Below, one piece after another: positions 12,448 to 26,822 of a stretch of 63,112 bases of DNA. Under the pieces are notes generated by a model. The model made no database searches, had not been told where the DNA came from, and worked only from the letters and a program-made list of their open reading frames with translations. This DNA comes from Octopus bimaculoides (lineage: Eukaryota), in contig NC_068981.1 in assembly GCF_001194135.2 (NCBI RefSeq), positions 84,067,932 through 84,131,043 on the forward strand, given 5' to 3'. Made by a program: the position numbers and the translations under genes. The number at the start of each line of letters is the position of its first letter. Positions within the stretch are counted from its first letter, which is position 1.

Positions 12448-13306
12448 TAAGAGGAGGTATCAAAGGTTCCCGGACTAGTTATATTTAATAAAGAATAACT
12501 TATGTACCTAAGTTTTGACAACATCCTCGAAGTAGTCACCTTACGGAGCAATACACCGGTCTCAGCGTTCCTGCCACTTTTGCAATCCGGACTGGAAGTC
12601 GTTTTCCGTAAGCGAGTTGAGGACTTTGACTTTCTGCGATTCCATCTTGATCTCGACAACGGTGTTAAAACGGTGACCTCTGAGCTGCATTTCCGTCTTG
12701 GAGATTAGAGCGGGGGTGGGAGCGATACCATGCAGCTTTTGGCAAGAAACTCACGAGTGAGATGAGCCCGGTGAAGAATCCAATTCTTCGCGCTCCACAG
12801 ATCTGGTTGCTCTCGCGGAATGTCTTCCCTCAAACTTTTGAAAGCATCGCAGTAGAATTGACAGTCTGGCCTTGGGGGGGGGGGGCAAATTCTGGGTGTC
12901 ACATTTCCGGGAGTGACGCTCGTGGAAGGTCTCCCACATCGCTCATCGTCTTCCAGGGACGTTCCGCATTTTGAAGCGCACGTGCCACTTGAAACATTGC
13001 CTACGACACATTGCCGCGTTACGATAAGCTTGCTGAAGCATGCTCAATGTCTCTGTAGCAGACCTCCCAAGTTTAATGCAAAAAATTTCACGTTGGCTCT
13101 TTGCTCCTGTCTTTGGCAAGATCGCGGACTACAGCATATGCGTGATCACAAAAGCACAAATTTCACAACATTCAAAGTAAACAATGGGTGTCGTTCGGTG
13201 CACTGCCTTATGAAGGTAACTGTTAGCTCTCACTGAACAAACGGTGCGCTGTAATGTGTTGGCGCGCTACAGAACTAGTCCGGGAACTGTTTGCTACCAC
13301 CTCGTA
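12448..13306 (-). mobile_element. Internally deleted mariner with both TIRs
   Basis: TIRs TAAGAGGAGGTATCAAAGGTTCCCGGACTAGTT (12448-12480) and AACTAGTCCGGGAACTGTTTGCTACCACCTCGTA (13273-13306). Minus-strand frameshifted remnants: KLGRSATETLSMLQQAY..CFKWH..SLEDDERCGRPSTS, then FYCDAFKSLREDI..DLWSAKNWILH and FQSGLQKWQER. Confidence 0.9.
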
Positions 13307-15783
13307 TACGTTTGTTTCTTTCTCATGGAAATATGTATATATACGTGGTGTCTAGATTGACTCCGTGCGCTTTTGCGTTTTGCACAGTGTTGAGCATTTT
13401 GTCTTCATGTACGTGTTTTTCATGCATTCAAATTATTGACCGCTATCCTGGGTATTCAGATATATCTATTTGTAGGCTATATGTTTTTGAACGTTTATAT
13501 ATAATATACATTTGTACGTGAAATACATTATATTTTTTACAACTTGACTCCCAGATTACTGAGAGACTAAAACGATGAACGATTAGGTATCATTCACTTG
13601 TATCTGTGAAATACTTATTTCTCTCTGATCACCTTTCGCCATTGACATTAATGTTTTACAGCCAAGTGGCTATTGCAGGTTATTGCAGTAAAACTGTGGT
13701 CATGTTATTTAAAATTCCCAATGGGCAAGTGCTGTTAGCTGAAACAATTACCGCGGGGCTCCGTAATAATAATGTAAAAGTACGGATTGTTTTACTACAT
13801 TTCACAGCTCGGTTCAACTATTTCCCAAGTGTTCCGTTGTGATACTAAAACCTTTGTAATTTTCATGTGAATTAACGTCTTAACGCAGTTTGTATATATA
13901 TTGGTATTGATATATTTGTATATGTATATATGTGAGATATTTTGAAGGTTATTGTGTTTGTTAAATAGTGTCTGTGTGTTTAAATCTTCCGTTTATTATG
14001 TCGTTATATAAATTGCATTAAAATAACGGTGCTTATATTTAATGTTTCGTATGCTTGCATACGTTTGTATATAAGTAAGCCTTAAAGTAGTGTAGTGCGA
14101 TCACTTATGTGTATTTGTATGTGAGTGTATGTTTATGTGAATGTGTACGCTTACTGCCATGTACGTATGTGTGTGATGTGTGTGCATGTGTCTGTTGTAT
14201 GTGGTTTGGGACTCTGAATGTGTTAAGACTCAGTTTCTGAATATGTATTCATGTTTAATGTGTTTTGTATTCGTGTTTATTCCATTCTTAAGTTGTGTGT
14301 ATGCTGTTATATGTCTGCACTTGTGTGTTTTGTGCTTTACATCTTAAAGATTATTCGTATTTATGTTAGTTCGTGCTTGATGAGTGTATGTGTTCATGTA
14401 TATCGTGCAATAGTGTGTGTGTGTGTGTGAGCGTGTGTTTCTGTGGGTGCGAGCGCGTGGTTTAATGTAGTTATATTTCATGCTTTTTTTTCTTTTCTTC
14501 AGTCATCTGCGCTTTTGTCTGGCCGTCGTTTTAAATACTTCCATTTTGTTTTATAACTTTATGCGAAAAGGATGGCGTTTCTAGACAATTGAACAAGTCT
14601 GACTATGTGTGCCTGTATGTTTGTCATTTGCTACGTAAGTGTAAATGCATTCGTCGGAGTCATTGCGTATACGTGTGCGTGCTTGTTTTAACTCATTCTT
14701 TCATTCGGTTTGTTCTCATTTTATTACTAGATTGTCGAAAGAATTGTCCAGATTTACACAAACTTAAATTGACATTATTGAATGAATCTCCGAAATTTTA
14801 TATCAGTTAGAGTCAATGAAGTATTGAAGTTTAATCACTTTTTAACGAGGAATTCATTCCATTCCTTCCAGCTTATTGATATAGCCTAATAAATTTCTCT
14901 TCTGTCTTTGTTGCCTCACCAGCTTCTGTCCCGTTCTTGTCACTTTATACCCAGTAGCAGTTGTGGTCACGTGCCAGAAAAAAATGTAGAGGGAACCATA
15001 ATTTCATCAAGTGATGTATTGCATCTTTACAATCAACACACGCGTGTACAAACCTTTTTCTGAGACCCTGAAATTCAAATTCATATGTGTGAGTGTTCAT
15101 GCTTGTATGTGGTGTTATATGTTGCTATATGAAATGTTCGTGTGATTTTATGTGTGTACTGAGATTAATAATGCTTAAACCTATGTACACAGCAATTGCG
15201 ACGACGATTTGTCCAGGTCAGTCACCAATTTTGGTACTTAAAACCAAAGTAGAAGAGATTTCGCAGTGCTCAATGCCAGTATTTTAATAGTTAAGTTATA
15301 TTTTGCCGTACAGTTTTGGGACCAGATATAAAAATAATGTAAAATTGAATACTATTTGGAGTTTCCTAAAGCAGTGGTGATAGTATAAAGGATGTGGAAT
15401 CTATTTGCATTAATAGCGGGATTTAAGATGGGACATTTTCTATTTTCACTTCATTTTGAGGTTGAAATTTGTCTTTTATTACACTGGTTTGATTTTAGAG
15501 CATTTTAAACTTGTTCTTAAATGACAGAACAACTTACCTAAGTTATTTCTTAGTTTGTTAACAGAGATTTTTCATGAAATAATACATTCTAAGCACATGA
15601 CCATAAATAGAAATGTAGAAATCATTACTGGCATTTTTATGCTTTCATGAATATATACGTTTCATTGAGTCAACAGCATCCTTCTTGAATTATGCAGGCA
15701 AAAAGAAGAAAGATACCCAACATGCTGGGTTCGATCACTGTTATGTCTCAACGCTACTGCTATCTAGCACGTTCGGATGATCT

Positions 15784-15849
15784 CTACTCAACCGCTACAC
15801 AACTGCTACACAACTGCTACTCGACTGCTACTCGACTGCTACTCAACAC
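15784..15849. repeat. 11-bp minisatellite, 6 units
   Basis: CTACTCAACCG CTACACAACTG CTACACAACTG CTACTCGACTG CTACTCGACTG CTACTCAACAC. Confidence 0.85.
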
Positions 15850-16050
15850 TCCTACCACGGCCAGACTACCTCTATTTATATTCTTGGGAGATCCTACTTC
15901 TTCGCCTGGGGGCGTCGACACAACAATCACCACGCTTAATAACACACTTTTTCCGTCGTGGGCTTATATACTCCAATGTTAGACTATTTTCTATAACCGA
16001 TATACGGTGAACCCTTATAAACTTAGAGCTTATGATTATTATATACAGAT

Positions 16051-16204
16051 AGGCGTGGCTGGGTTAGAATCTTGCTTCTCAACCACATAGTTCAGGGTTC
16101 AGACCCACTGCCTGGCACCTTATACAAGTGTCTTCTACTATAGCCTCAGACCGACCAAAGCCTTGTGGGTGGATTTGGTAGACGGAAACTGAAAGAAGCC
16201 AATC

Positions 16205-16245
<41 letters not shown>

Positions 16246-16479
16246 TGTGTGTGTGTGTGTGCTTATTTGTATGTGTGTCTGTGTTTGTCCCCTCATCATC
16301 GCTTGACAGCCGATGCTGGTATGTTTACGTCTCTGTAACTTAGCGGTTCGACAAAAAAAGATGGATAGAATAAGTACTAGACTTAGAAAGAATAAATCCT
16401 GGGGTTGATTTGTTCGACGAGAAGCAGTGTTCCAGCATGGCCACAGTCAAATGACTGAAACAAGTAAAAGGATAAAAGA
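16051..16479 (+). mobile_element. SINE family A, near full length
   Basis: Head AGGCGTGGCT..AGGGTTCAGACCC, internal (TG)n, tail CAGTCAAATGACTGAAACAAGTAAAAGGATAAAAGA. Confidence 0.9.
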
Positions 16480-16488
16480 ATGTGTGTG

Positions 16489-16534
<46 letters not shown>

Positions 16535-17443
16535 CTCGTATGTATGTATGTATTTATACGCATAGATACAAGATGGTAAATATCTGAAAGGGAATGAGAT
16601 GTGTAATTTAGTGTGAAAGACTGTTGTTTAACAAGATTGCTGTTGGTTTGAACTTCCTGTGTGTATGTTAGATGAATTACTACAAAATTTCATTTGGTAT
16701 CTGATAATGTGATACGATGTTTCAGTTATTTTGTTATTTCATATAACAATATTAGAGAGATGAGCCTGATTATTGCCATTTGATGGCAGTTTCTAAAGCA
16801 GAGCATACATTTCAATACCAATTAAACAAAGAAATATGAATAGGGATGTGCATAGAGAGAAAAATAATACGGTTCCACAACCATGTAGCAGATTGCATTG
16901 TAAAGGGCAAAAGAAATGTAGATGCTTATCTAAACATATACTGTAATTTTTGAAAAAGTATGCAAAGATGAAGAACAATGAAATATATAGATAACCGAAC
17001 CTAACATCATGATCACAACAATCACTACTGTCGACGTTCTTGACGTCATCGTCGTCGTCGTCGTCGTCGTCGTTGTCACCATTGACAATCTTTATCATCG
17101 TTTTTGTCGTCCTCCTGTTCCACCTCCTCATCGTCATCGTCATTATCGTGGTCGTCATAATCATCATCATCTACAACAACAACAATAACAACACCAACAA
17201 CAACAACAACTTCAGTTTCATTTTAACTGAAGACTACTACGTGAATACTGAATACATCGCCAACAAAAATACGCGCATCATTAACAAGAGCAAATATGAT
17301 TACTGCCATTAAAATTGCCGTTTATAAAATAGTCATGGTTATGTGGTAAAGAAATTCGCTTTTCGACTATTTTGTTGTTTCGGATTCGATCCATCTGAGA
17401 AAATGTTTGATCTTGATCAACTGGAGCCTAGAATAGTCTATAC

Positions 17444-17899
17444 CAGTGATTTATAAAATAGGGCATACGCCCCACCGGTGGAGCCTGGGAAAACTGGTGG
17501 AGCTTGGGAAAATTGGTGGAGCCAGGGAAAACTGGTGGAGCCAGGGAAAACTAGTGGAGCCAGGGAAAATTGGTGGAACCAGGGAAAACTGGTGGAACGT
17601 GAAATACATATTTTTTTCTCTTTTTGTTTTTTTTTTTTAGTGGGACATAGAATTGTGAAAATCTTTTTTCCACAGTAAACATACTACACCTATACACAGC
17701 CTAGCCAAACGAATCCCTTCAGCCAAGCATACTGTGTGAAGACTGCCTGCTACAATATAGCGCTATTCTAATGCCCAAGTAGAAATTATATAATTATGAA
17801 ATATTTAAAATAAAGTTGGCTTTTTCCAACCACTGCAGGGCATATATTTTTCTACAAAATTATAGTGGGACTTGGGGAAAAATACGTTGGGAAACACTG
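17444..17899. mobile_element. Putative hAT-type non-autonomous element
   Basis: Left end CAGTGATTTATAAAATAGGG; right-end reverse complement CAGTGTTTCCCAACGT (hAT-like CAGTG termini). The 8-bp flanks do not match. Confidence 0.45.
17477..17598. repeat. 19-bp minisatellite, 6 full units plus a partial
   Basis: Consensus GGTGGAGCCAGGGAAAACT. Confidence 0.9.
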
Positions 17900-18560
17900 A
17901 CCAATAGCCTCAAGTTAACAACGCAACTCGAGTTGGGTAAAATGTGTCAGATGGGAAACAGTTGCACAACATTTTTATAAGAACGTACACTCTCTCTCGA
18001 ACCCCTTTCTTGCCTATGTATTTTCCTGCAAACATCGACTTGCAGCATTAATCACGTCCAGATGACTACCCGCAGAAGCTCGCATAAGTATATGGATCTC
18101 CGTCGGTTTCGACTTTGAAGATTCAGTTACTCGATCAACTGAACTACATACAAGTTAAATTAGCGTCGCAGTATGGGAGCATTAAAACAGTCACCTGTTG
18201 AGTTACGTGACTGAGAATTAGTTCAACGAAAATACAATGTTAACATATAGGTAGAATCTATACGATGGGTTTCTGCGCATTTTATGCCAACCCATTTTCC
18301 CTCACAAGGCTTGGTTTCCACTCAGTACAACTGCACTAAGGAATTGCCCAAAATATCAAGCAATGCGAACGAAGCCGAGAACTCGTGATTGCAAAGTGAA
18401 TTTCATAACCGTTTGGTTACGGTGCATTCACTTAATTTTTATAACACTGCTCTCTAGAAATTCTACAGCAACGTCTTTCACACATACACACACACATACA
18501 CACACACACCACACGCACATGTGTATATGTATATATACATATATGTGTGTGTGTTTGAGT

Positions 18561-18608
<48 letters not shown>

Positions 18609-19202
18609 GTATCGTGTATGTATGTATATATGTATTTATGAATGTGAGCATACAGCGATACATAAATACATACGTGTATATGTGGTGTGTGCGTGTTTAT
18701 CTACGCATGCATGTACGTATACGTGTTATGTATGTTTTAAAATTTGCTATTCAAAAGAGTATTGTTAACAAGTAAATGTCTAATACTATTTGGATGTAAG
18801 CGATAATACTGTTTATTGAATAACATTAATATCTCAGACACTACTCTCAATATAATAACGTGGTCATCATTAGAAAATCTCGTTCAGAAATCAATAAGAA
18901 ATTTATCGTTTCAACTTACATATTTATTCAATATATATTTTTAATGATAGTTTTCTTTTTTAATCAGTGTAAGATGAAAAGGCTAATAATCGTTTTCAGA
19001 TTCGTTGAGTACGGAAAATAAATCCATTCAGTATTGTTCTAATTGATGAATAGAATTTGTGATTAATATTGTTATATTGTTAATATTAATATTGTTAAAT
19101 GTATTATTACATTGTAAACATAGACAAGGGTACATAAACGCATAAAACCACATGCGCATACACACAGAGTTGCTTACTAACATACTTATATATATATCCA
19201 CA

Positions 19203-19240
<38 letters not shown>

Positions 19241-19531
19241 TGTGTATGTGTGTGTGTGTGTGTGTGTGTGTACATACACACTCACAAAGTAAGAGAAACA
19301 GACGGTGACAGAGTGGTTTGGTGATGCAATCAAGAAAAACAACTCAAAACATTTCTATATTTTTATAAATATATGTATGTATGTATGTATGTGTATGTAT
19401 GCATTTATGCATGTGTATGTGTGTGTGTATTTATGTATGCCTATACACATAGACGCATTCATGTATATAGTCATAAATATCATATATAGATATATATATA
19501 CAAACTTAGAGTGTGAGAGGAGTACAACTTA

Positions 19532-19562
<31 letters not shown>

Positions 19563-19572
19563 NNNNNNNNNN

Positions 19573-19610
<38 letters not shown>

Positions 19611-19713
19611 CTGTAAACATATGTGACACTATAAGTGTCACATATTTTTACAGATAAATTCCTCTATTTGCATAATATCGAGGTCTCTTTCTTTCTTTTG
19701 TTGCCATGCCTAT

Positions 19714-19754
<41 letters not shown>

Positions 19755-19892
19755 TAAGTTGTACTCCTCTCACACTAAGTTTTGTTCCTATTCTTTTTAT
19801 GCCCTCTTCAATAAGAAAAATATACTGTACCTATTGGTAACTGATTCCTATATGTAGTGGCTCTTCTAACAATTTAAACCCTCTGAAGTACA

Positions 19893-19923
<31 letters not shown>

Positions 19924-22298
19924 GTATGTGTGTGTGTGTATGTGTTTGAGTGTGTGTGTGTGTGCGTACGTGCGTACGTGTGTGTGTGTGTGTAAGAGTG
20001 TCAGGTGTATGTGTGTGAGCTGTGTATAGCCCGAAACACACACACATACAGTTGTAGTGGAATAACTTATGAACCGATAGCTGCAAAGTATGAAATCATT
20101 TTTAGCATATCGTTAAGGAAGACAAGACCAAACAAAAATGTCAGAAGGAAAATCATACACAAATGATATTGATGAGATGGAAGAGAATTAGAGAGGTCCT
20201 TCGTATAGATTCATTTACAGGTTTTTGATACATCTTCGTTTCCGTTATTTTTATTCTCCCAATTTGTACGGAGAGCTTGGTCCTGGGTTGCAAATATCAA
20301 CCTTTTTTCTTTCTTCAAAAAGCCTTTTTGTGGCTACTTTCATGATCCAATAATTTATATTTCTTCTGTATTCCTTATAATATTTCCTTGAAACTTCTTG
20401 TGTTTTTTCCACAACAATTTTCTGTGTTCTTTCCACATATTTTTCAAATCATTACTTATGGTTTCCACGTTCCTCAGTAAGCATTCTTGCATGACTACAC
20501 TTATTAGTCTCACTGGATGTTCTGATATACTTGGCCAGGTTCTCTTTCTTACTTTCAACACATTCGGTTATACTTAGCAGACTTCTACCTCATTCTTTTA
20601 TGGGAATGTATATTCGTTCTACCTTACTCTGAGGATGCATTAACTGGTCGCTATGATTTTACTTGAATATTTGATTTTAGAAATTTTAACAGATTTATGT
20701 ATCTTAGCAAAACAGATGCATTGAATGATGACTCGTTCTAACCACAATGGCTGTCACAGTAACTCAAACAACTTATCTCTAAATTGTATTCAAACGAAGA
20801 AAGAGAATTAGAAAAAATAAATAACACTAAAAGCAAATATACAGACAAAGCTTCAAGCGTAAACATTCATATTCACAATTGTCGAATAAAAACAAATAAT
20901 ATAGTGCTGGAAACATTAATCAAAGTGAAACAAAACGTCGCAGTAGCAATGCTACCATCGTCAATTACACTACAAAAATAGCAGACATGTTTTGCATACA
21001 TTTTGGGTCAGAAAGAACGATTTATTTGAGCCATCTTAAGTAAAAAGAGACGTAGAATCTTAGAGAGAGTCAGGTGCTGGACCGACATGCTGTATAGTTG
21101 CTTGGGTCTGGTTTTAACCAGATCTTCAAGTGATGTCAAATAATGATGAAATGATGAGCAGTACGGCTAGTTTCACCCAAAAACGAGCTGAGAGGGAAAT
21201 ATCTCTGAATGATTGGGCTTAAATGCCGAACGCAAACAAAGCTTTCGTCGTATATTACGACGTATATGCCTGAGTGAGTCTTAACCTAGTTTACGTTTGA
21301 CCATATTGGAAAGTCTGTTCTTTTGCTTCTTGTGATTAAGAGACGTGTAACACTTGTCAGACAATCCAATGGCTGCTAACACCTACTATGTTGTTATGAA
21401 ATGCATAGGCAACAGAGAATCCTGAACCGTGAAAAAATGGTCACCGTAAGTCAGGCATGTTTTCCCCTGGCCCGTCTCCTTGACTGTATTCATTGATCAA
21501 CAAAAGGAGGATGCTTAACATTTAGAATGTACCCAGGCGCGATGAAATTCACTTTTAGTTTTCTTCCAATGAAAACTGGTAGAGAAAAGTGTCTACGTTT
21601 GGAGGAAAACTGTAGCGACGCTGAGAATGTATTAGGTGGCCTATCCCGAAAGATTTTCAACCAAAGTACAAGAAAAAAATTCCAGAAATACATGACCTGG
21701 ACATATTACTTAAGGGAATTTCTGAGTCAAGAGATTTTCTTCTTGCTGCTGGGTTATACCGAGATGTGTGCATGGCGGTATAACCGTTCCGTGCACAATT
21801 GTTCAGTACTCGATTATTGTTGACTTGATTGGCGGGCGGTTTTTCTATGTCTAGCGGACACGATTGGAATGATTGAGGATAGACATATTTTGGTCATGCT
21901 CTCTTTAACTTACTCAAGTCAACTTAAAGAGGCAAGACAGGACACTATGTTTCTAGAGGGTGCAAATCTCCTACATGAATGTGACGAGAATGGTCCAAAT
22001 GAATGGGTATAATCCAAAGCATGTACCATTAGACAGGAAATCGAAGTTTGGATAGAGCTCTTACTTGGTACTGAGTGTAATTCTGTATTTTTGGGGCTTC
22101 CTTCACTAAGTTGTCTGGAAACTAAGATGAGTTCTTCTTAATTTCTTTTCTAGTGTTTATACTGTTGTTTTTTCATAACTATTCTTTTCTTTCCTTGTTC
22201 TGAAAAACTTCTGCCCACTGTCAAACTTGTCCTTCTAATGTCTCCTTATATATTGCCCTTGTAGCAATAATAAAGAATAAATATTATTATTATTATTA

Positions 22299-22419
<121 letters not shown>

Positions 22420-23014
22420 GATAATAAATATTTCAGTCTTGAATATCATTAAAACAGTATGAACATCAGTAATATCTCCTTGTGAAGCATGGCGTCATGT
22501 TACTGTTGCTGGTACTGCTGCTGCTGATGATGATGATTATGATCGCCATGAAGATTGCTGCTAAAATAATTGTATTTTTAAAAGGGAAGAGAAAAAGCAG
22601 ATATAGTATATTGCTTTTTTTTGTTTGTTTGTTTGTTTTGCTTCCTTTTGTTTTGCTGATAAGTTTATTCGTTTATTCATTTCATTTTTATTTCTACTCA
22701 CTATCACCTGTTTTGTTATCCTCTTCACAAAGCTTGCGATGTAAACTTAATTAGCAAAGATATTTACTCGAATTATTTCAATGAATGTGTCAGCAGATTA
22801 TATTTGGCCAACAGTTTTATTTGAAGCAGTGATTCAATGTAAAACCTTCTGTCTATTTAACTGAATTTGTTCTCCTTTTCCATCTTTATATCCTTTTCTC
22901 TACAGAAAATTATGCTTTATGAGGAGGGAATTGAGAAAATTGAGAGGAAATATAAAGTGTTTATTGTTGCAATATGTGTGGGAATATATGTATGCATTCA
23001 TGTATTATGTGCAT

Positions 23015-23079
<65 letters not shown>

Positions 23080-23811
23080 NNNNNNNNNNNNNNNNNNNNN
23101 NNNNNNNNNNNNNNNNNNNNNNNNNNNNNNNNNNNNNNNNNNNNNNNNNNNNNNNNNNNNNNNNNNNNNNNNNNNNNNNNNNNNNNNNNNNNNNNNNNNN
23201 NATATATACATATATATACATATACATACATATACATACATACACATACACGATTATAAAAGAGTTTTACGATGATAATACTGAAAAGAAGTGGCGGTGA
23301 CACATTAGCAGGCATATAATATAACATAAAAAAGTCAATGCAACACACAGACAGACATTAAGTGAGAAGTAGAATATTATGAAGCTGAATGGGCTGAGAT
23401 TTATAAAGAATATGACAAGAAATACAAAGAATATTAGTTTCTAATATTCACATATATTCATCGATTTCGCTAGAAGATAGATTTCAGATAGAGACATATT
23501 CCTCTTTTTCTCGATAACCTTATTAACGTATTGACGTAAACTAAATCTAAAATTTGCGTAGAGAATGTTTCGTATAAATGTGTAGCTTGAGACCATTTTA
23601 AGCAAAGGGAAATAAATGAGGAGGGGTGTATTATAAAGTGGCTACAACAATGTATTCTACCAACCTGAGCTACAAGTGAACAGGAAATCATAAGATATCA
23701 GAGTTAAAATGAGCTAGACCGTTCTCTCTAATGCCTGCACTATTGTAATGTTTGGGTGGGCCTTGTATTTCGAAATCTCTGGGCCACATCATCATTTGCG
23801 TTGGGATTATA

Positions 23812-24276
23812 TTTTATCTTTTATCTGTTACTTGTTTCAGCTTGCCATTAGACTGTGCGGCCTTGCTGGAGCACCGCCTTGAAGAATTTTTAATCCAACG
23901 ATTTGACCTCAGTATTTATTTTATCGGTTTCTTTTGTCTAACTGCTAATTAACGGAGACCTAAACAAAACAATGCCGGTTGTCGAGGGGAAAATGTAGGC
24001 ACAAAGACACTCATGCACGAACACACATACACACACTCATCACACACACATCACACACACACACATCACACGCATGCACACACACACACATACACACACA
24101 CACACACACACACATAAACACACATATATACGACAGAATTCTTTCAGTTTCAATCTACCAAATCCACTCACGATGTTTTGGTCGTCCCGGGTTATAGTAG
24201 TTACTTTCCCAAGGGAAAGAACAAAGAATCATTTGCTTGGGAAGCATACTTCATACCACACAGCCACACCTGTCCC
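23812..24276 (-). mobile_element. SINE family A, diverged copy
   Basis: Plus strand has TTACTTGTTTCAG..GCTGGAGCACCGCCTT, a (CA)n tract, TTCTTTCAGTTTCAATCTACCAAATCCACTCAC and ACCACACAGCCACACCTG. Confidence 0.8.
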
Positions 24277-25605
24277 TATATATGATAGAAATTTTATGGA
24301 GGTGAATTGGGATGGAGGTGAATTGACAGAATTGTCAGGGCAACGGAAAAAGTACTCTGCACTGTTCATGTTCCGTTCCTTTACGTTCGGAGTTCAAACC
24401 CGCTCAAGTCATATTTTGCATTTCGGAGTCGATAAAACAAAGTGCCAGTCAAGTGTTTAGGTCGACAGTATGGACTTACCCTCCCTTCAAAACCGGTGAT
24501 TTTGTGCTTAAATTAGAAACTAATATTGCTATTCGCCTTAAAAGTAATTGAAGTGATCAACTAATATTTTATTCTTTGTCTATAGTGATTCCTATTAGTA
24601 TAGCGTAGCTAAGTGCTATTTTTTAAATCAAGATTGTTCTGCTCTGTTTTCCTCACTGGCTTGGGAATGAAATTTGCTTAGGGGACGCAAACCTAGCTTC
24701 AAAATGTTTAACAAACAAGGCCTCATTGCTTTCTTTGTTTATGCCCATTATTCTTTGAGAAGAAACCTACAGATCGCTTTCTACGCGCAAAAAATGTAAG
24801 TAGGCATGCACATTTTGATTCTGTACTCGCAAACAAGTTTTAAAATGTGAGCTGGCACCCATTGCAACCTCTGTCTCCGGGCCCATGGTTTTCATCCTCT
24901 GTCTTTTACAGCACACACTCTCCTTTCTCTACATACTACGTAGATTGTGCTAGGAGTAAAACATGATTTTAGCGGCTGCTACGTAGCGCGATTCTGGTCA
25001 GTCCATATTAATATTCCCAATAGAATCTGCAATACTATATTTCAAAAATGATTATATAGTTATTGTTTAAGACAAACATAACCTCGACGCGATCGGTAAA
25101 TATACTAGAATCACTTCATGTAAAATACTAGTGATATATGTTAGTATTTTGCACGTGATCCCATATCTTTGCCTTTAAAATAAGGATTTTTTAATCGCTT
25201 AGACATAAAAGGGCGGGTCTGTGACGGATAGAAAAAAGAATATAGACACACTTGATCAGGACCGACCTGCAATTAAAAATGAACAAAACTGGAATGATAT
25301 GATGCACAGTGCAAGCCAAATATGTTATATATTTGGACTAGATTTTTTTTTATCAGCTTTGTACACTTCAGTTAACATCATCAGCGTCCACAAAGAATGG
25401 TTCTTTCCAGAAAGAACTTCATTACTGAATCATATTTTGAGATCACTTTTAAATTTGTTAGCGCTACAGGGAAAAAACCCAGCAAACTATATGAATATAC
25501 ATACATATGCATATATGTGCATGCACATATATTTATATATATATATTCATATATGCATACACATGCATATGATCATTATAGACAGACAGACAGACAGATA
25601 GATAA

Positions 25606-25662
<57 letters not shown>

Positions 25663-26757
25663 GTGGGAGGGAGAAAGAAAGAAAGAAAGAAACAAACAAA
25701 CAAACAAAGGGATAGCTTTCATGCAGTTAGATGACTTCCGGTTAGTCATGGTGTTTAAGACCCTGGTTTTAACATTAGTGATTATTGATATGTATTTCGA
25801 AACTAAGTGCACACAATGAATTCATATTTATACTGAAAGAAATCACATTTACTTTATTGCCCAAGTCAATATAAATATTTCTCCACAGTAAAAAGAATTT
25901 TATCTTTTGTGGGGTTTATACCTTCCTTATGCTCCGTCCTTATTCTTCTGGTTCAGAAATATTTTTTTTCTTATTCAAATCACACACCGCTTTTATTCAG
26001 TTTCGTAATTGTTATTCAGCATTTTATCGATCTGAAATTATCACACCTGAATACTAACTAAATACAGGACGCCATTTTTTTCTTATCATTTTAACCAGTT
26101 CCGACTAAGACATATCTAAATATTCTTTACATTTCAGCTGTGATAATGTAAGTAGTTATTGTATGCGATTGCTGAAACTTCGCACATGGTTCACTCATGA
26201 GAATGTTCCGTGGGAAGAAATCATCAGGCTGTAAAACACAAAATTCATGCAGTCGATTTACTTACTGTAAGTACTCGGAAGTAAACTCAAATCAATACAA
26301 TGTTAAACATGCATTAACATCACTTCCAAGTGATTCATTACATTAATCACTATTGCACCTTTTCTCAGTTCATAGTTATCACAACACTAATACATTATTT
26401 TAAACAATAAAACGTTATTAATACTCTATTGTTCATATTCTGTTGTCATTGTGGTTGATATTGATGATGGCGTTGTTGCTTTGCTTTTTAAGTGCTTCAG
26501 ACACTTCAACGATTAATCGCGAAGGAAAACAGTGAAGTCAATAACGCAGTGTTGCATACATACACACACACTCACTCACACACACACATCACACGCACAC
26601 ACACACAGCACACGCACACACACACAACACACGCACACACACACAAACACACACACACATATATATTCGCACTAATACATCTTATATCTATATGTGAGTG
26701 TGTATGTTTATGTGTACATACACATATGTATGAATTACATACACACATATATAAGTG

Positions 26758-26822
<65 letters not shown>

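Noticed and set aside
14913-14972. Minus-strand CACGTG, TATAAA and downstream GTGAGG as a promoter and first exon
   Set aside because: These short motifs are expected by chance, and the implied exon would be only a few nucleotides.
17477-17598. Regular short repeats as a CRISPR array
   Set aside because: The units are contiguous with no spacers, and the context is eukaryotic with no cas genes.
20250-22050. Several 60-98 aa ORFs in non-repetitive sequence, possibly a decayed LINE
   Set aside because: I could not read any endonuclease, RT or other motif with confidence.
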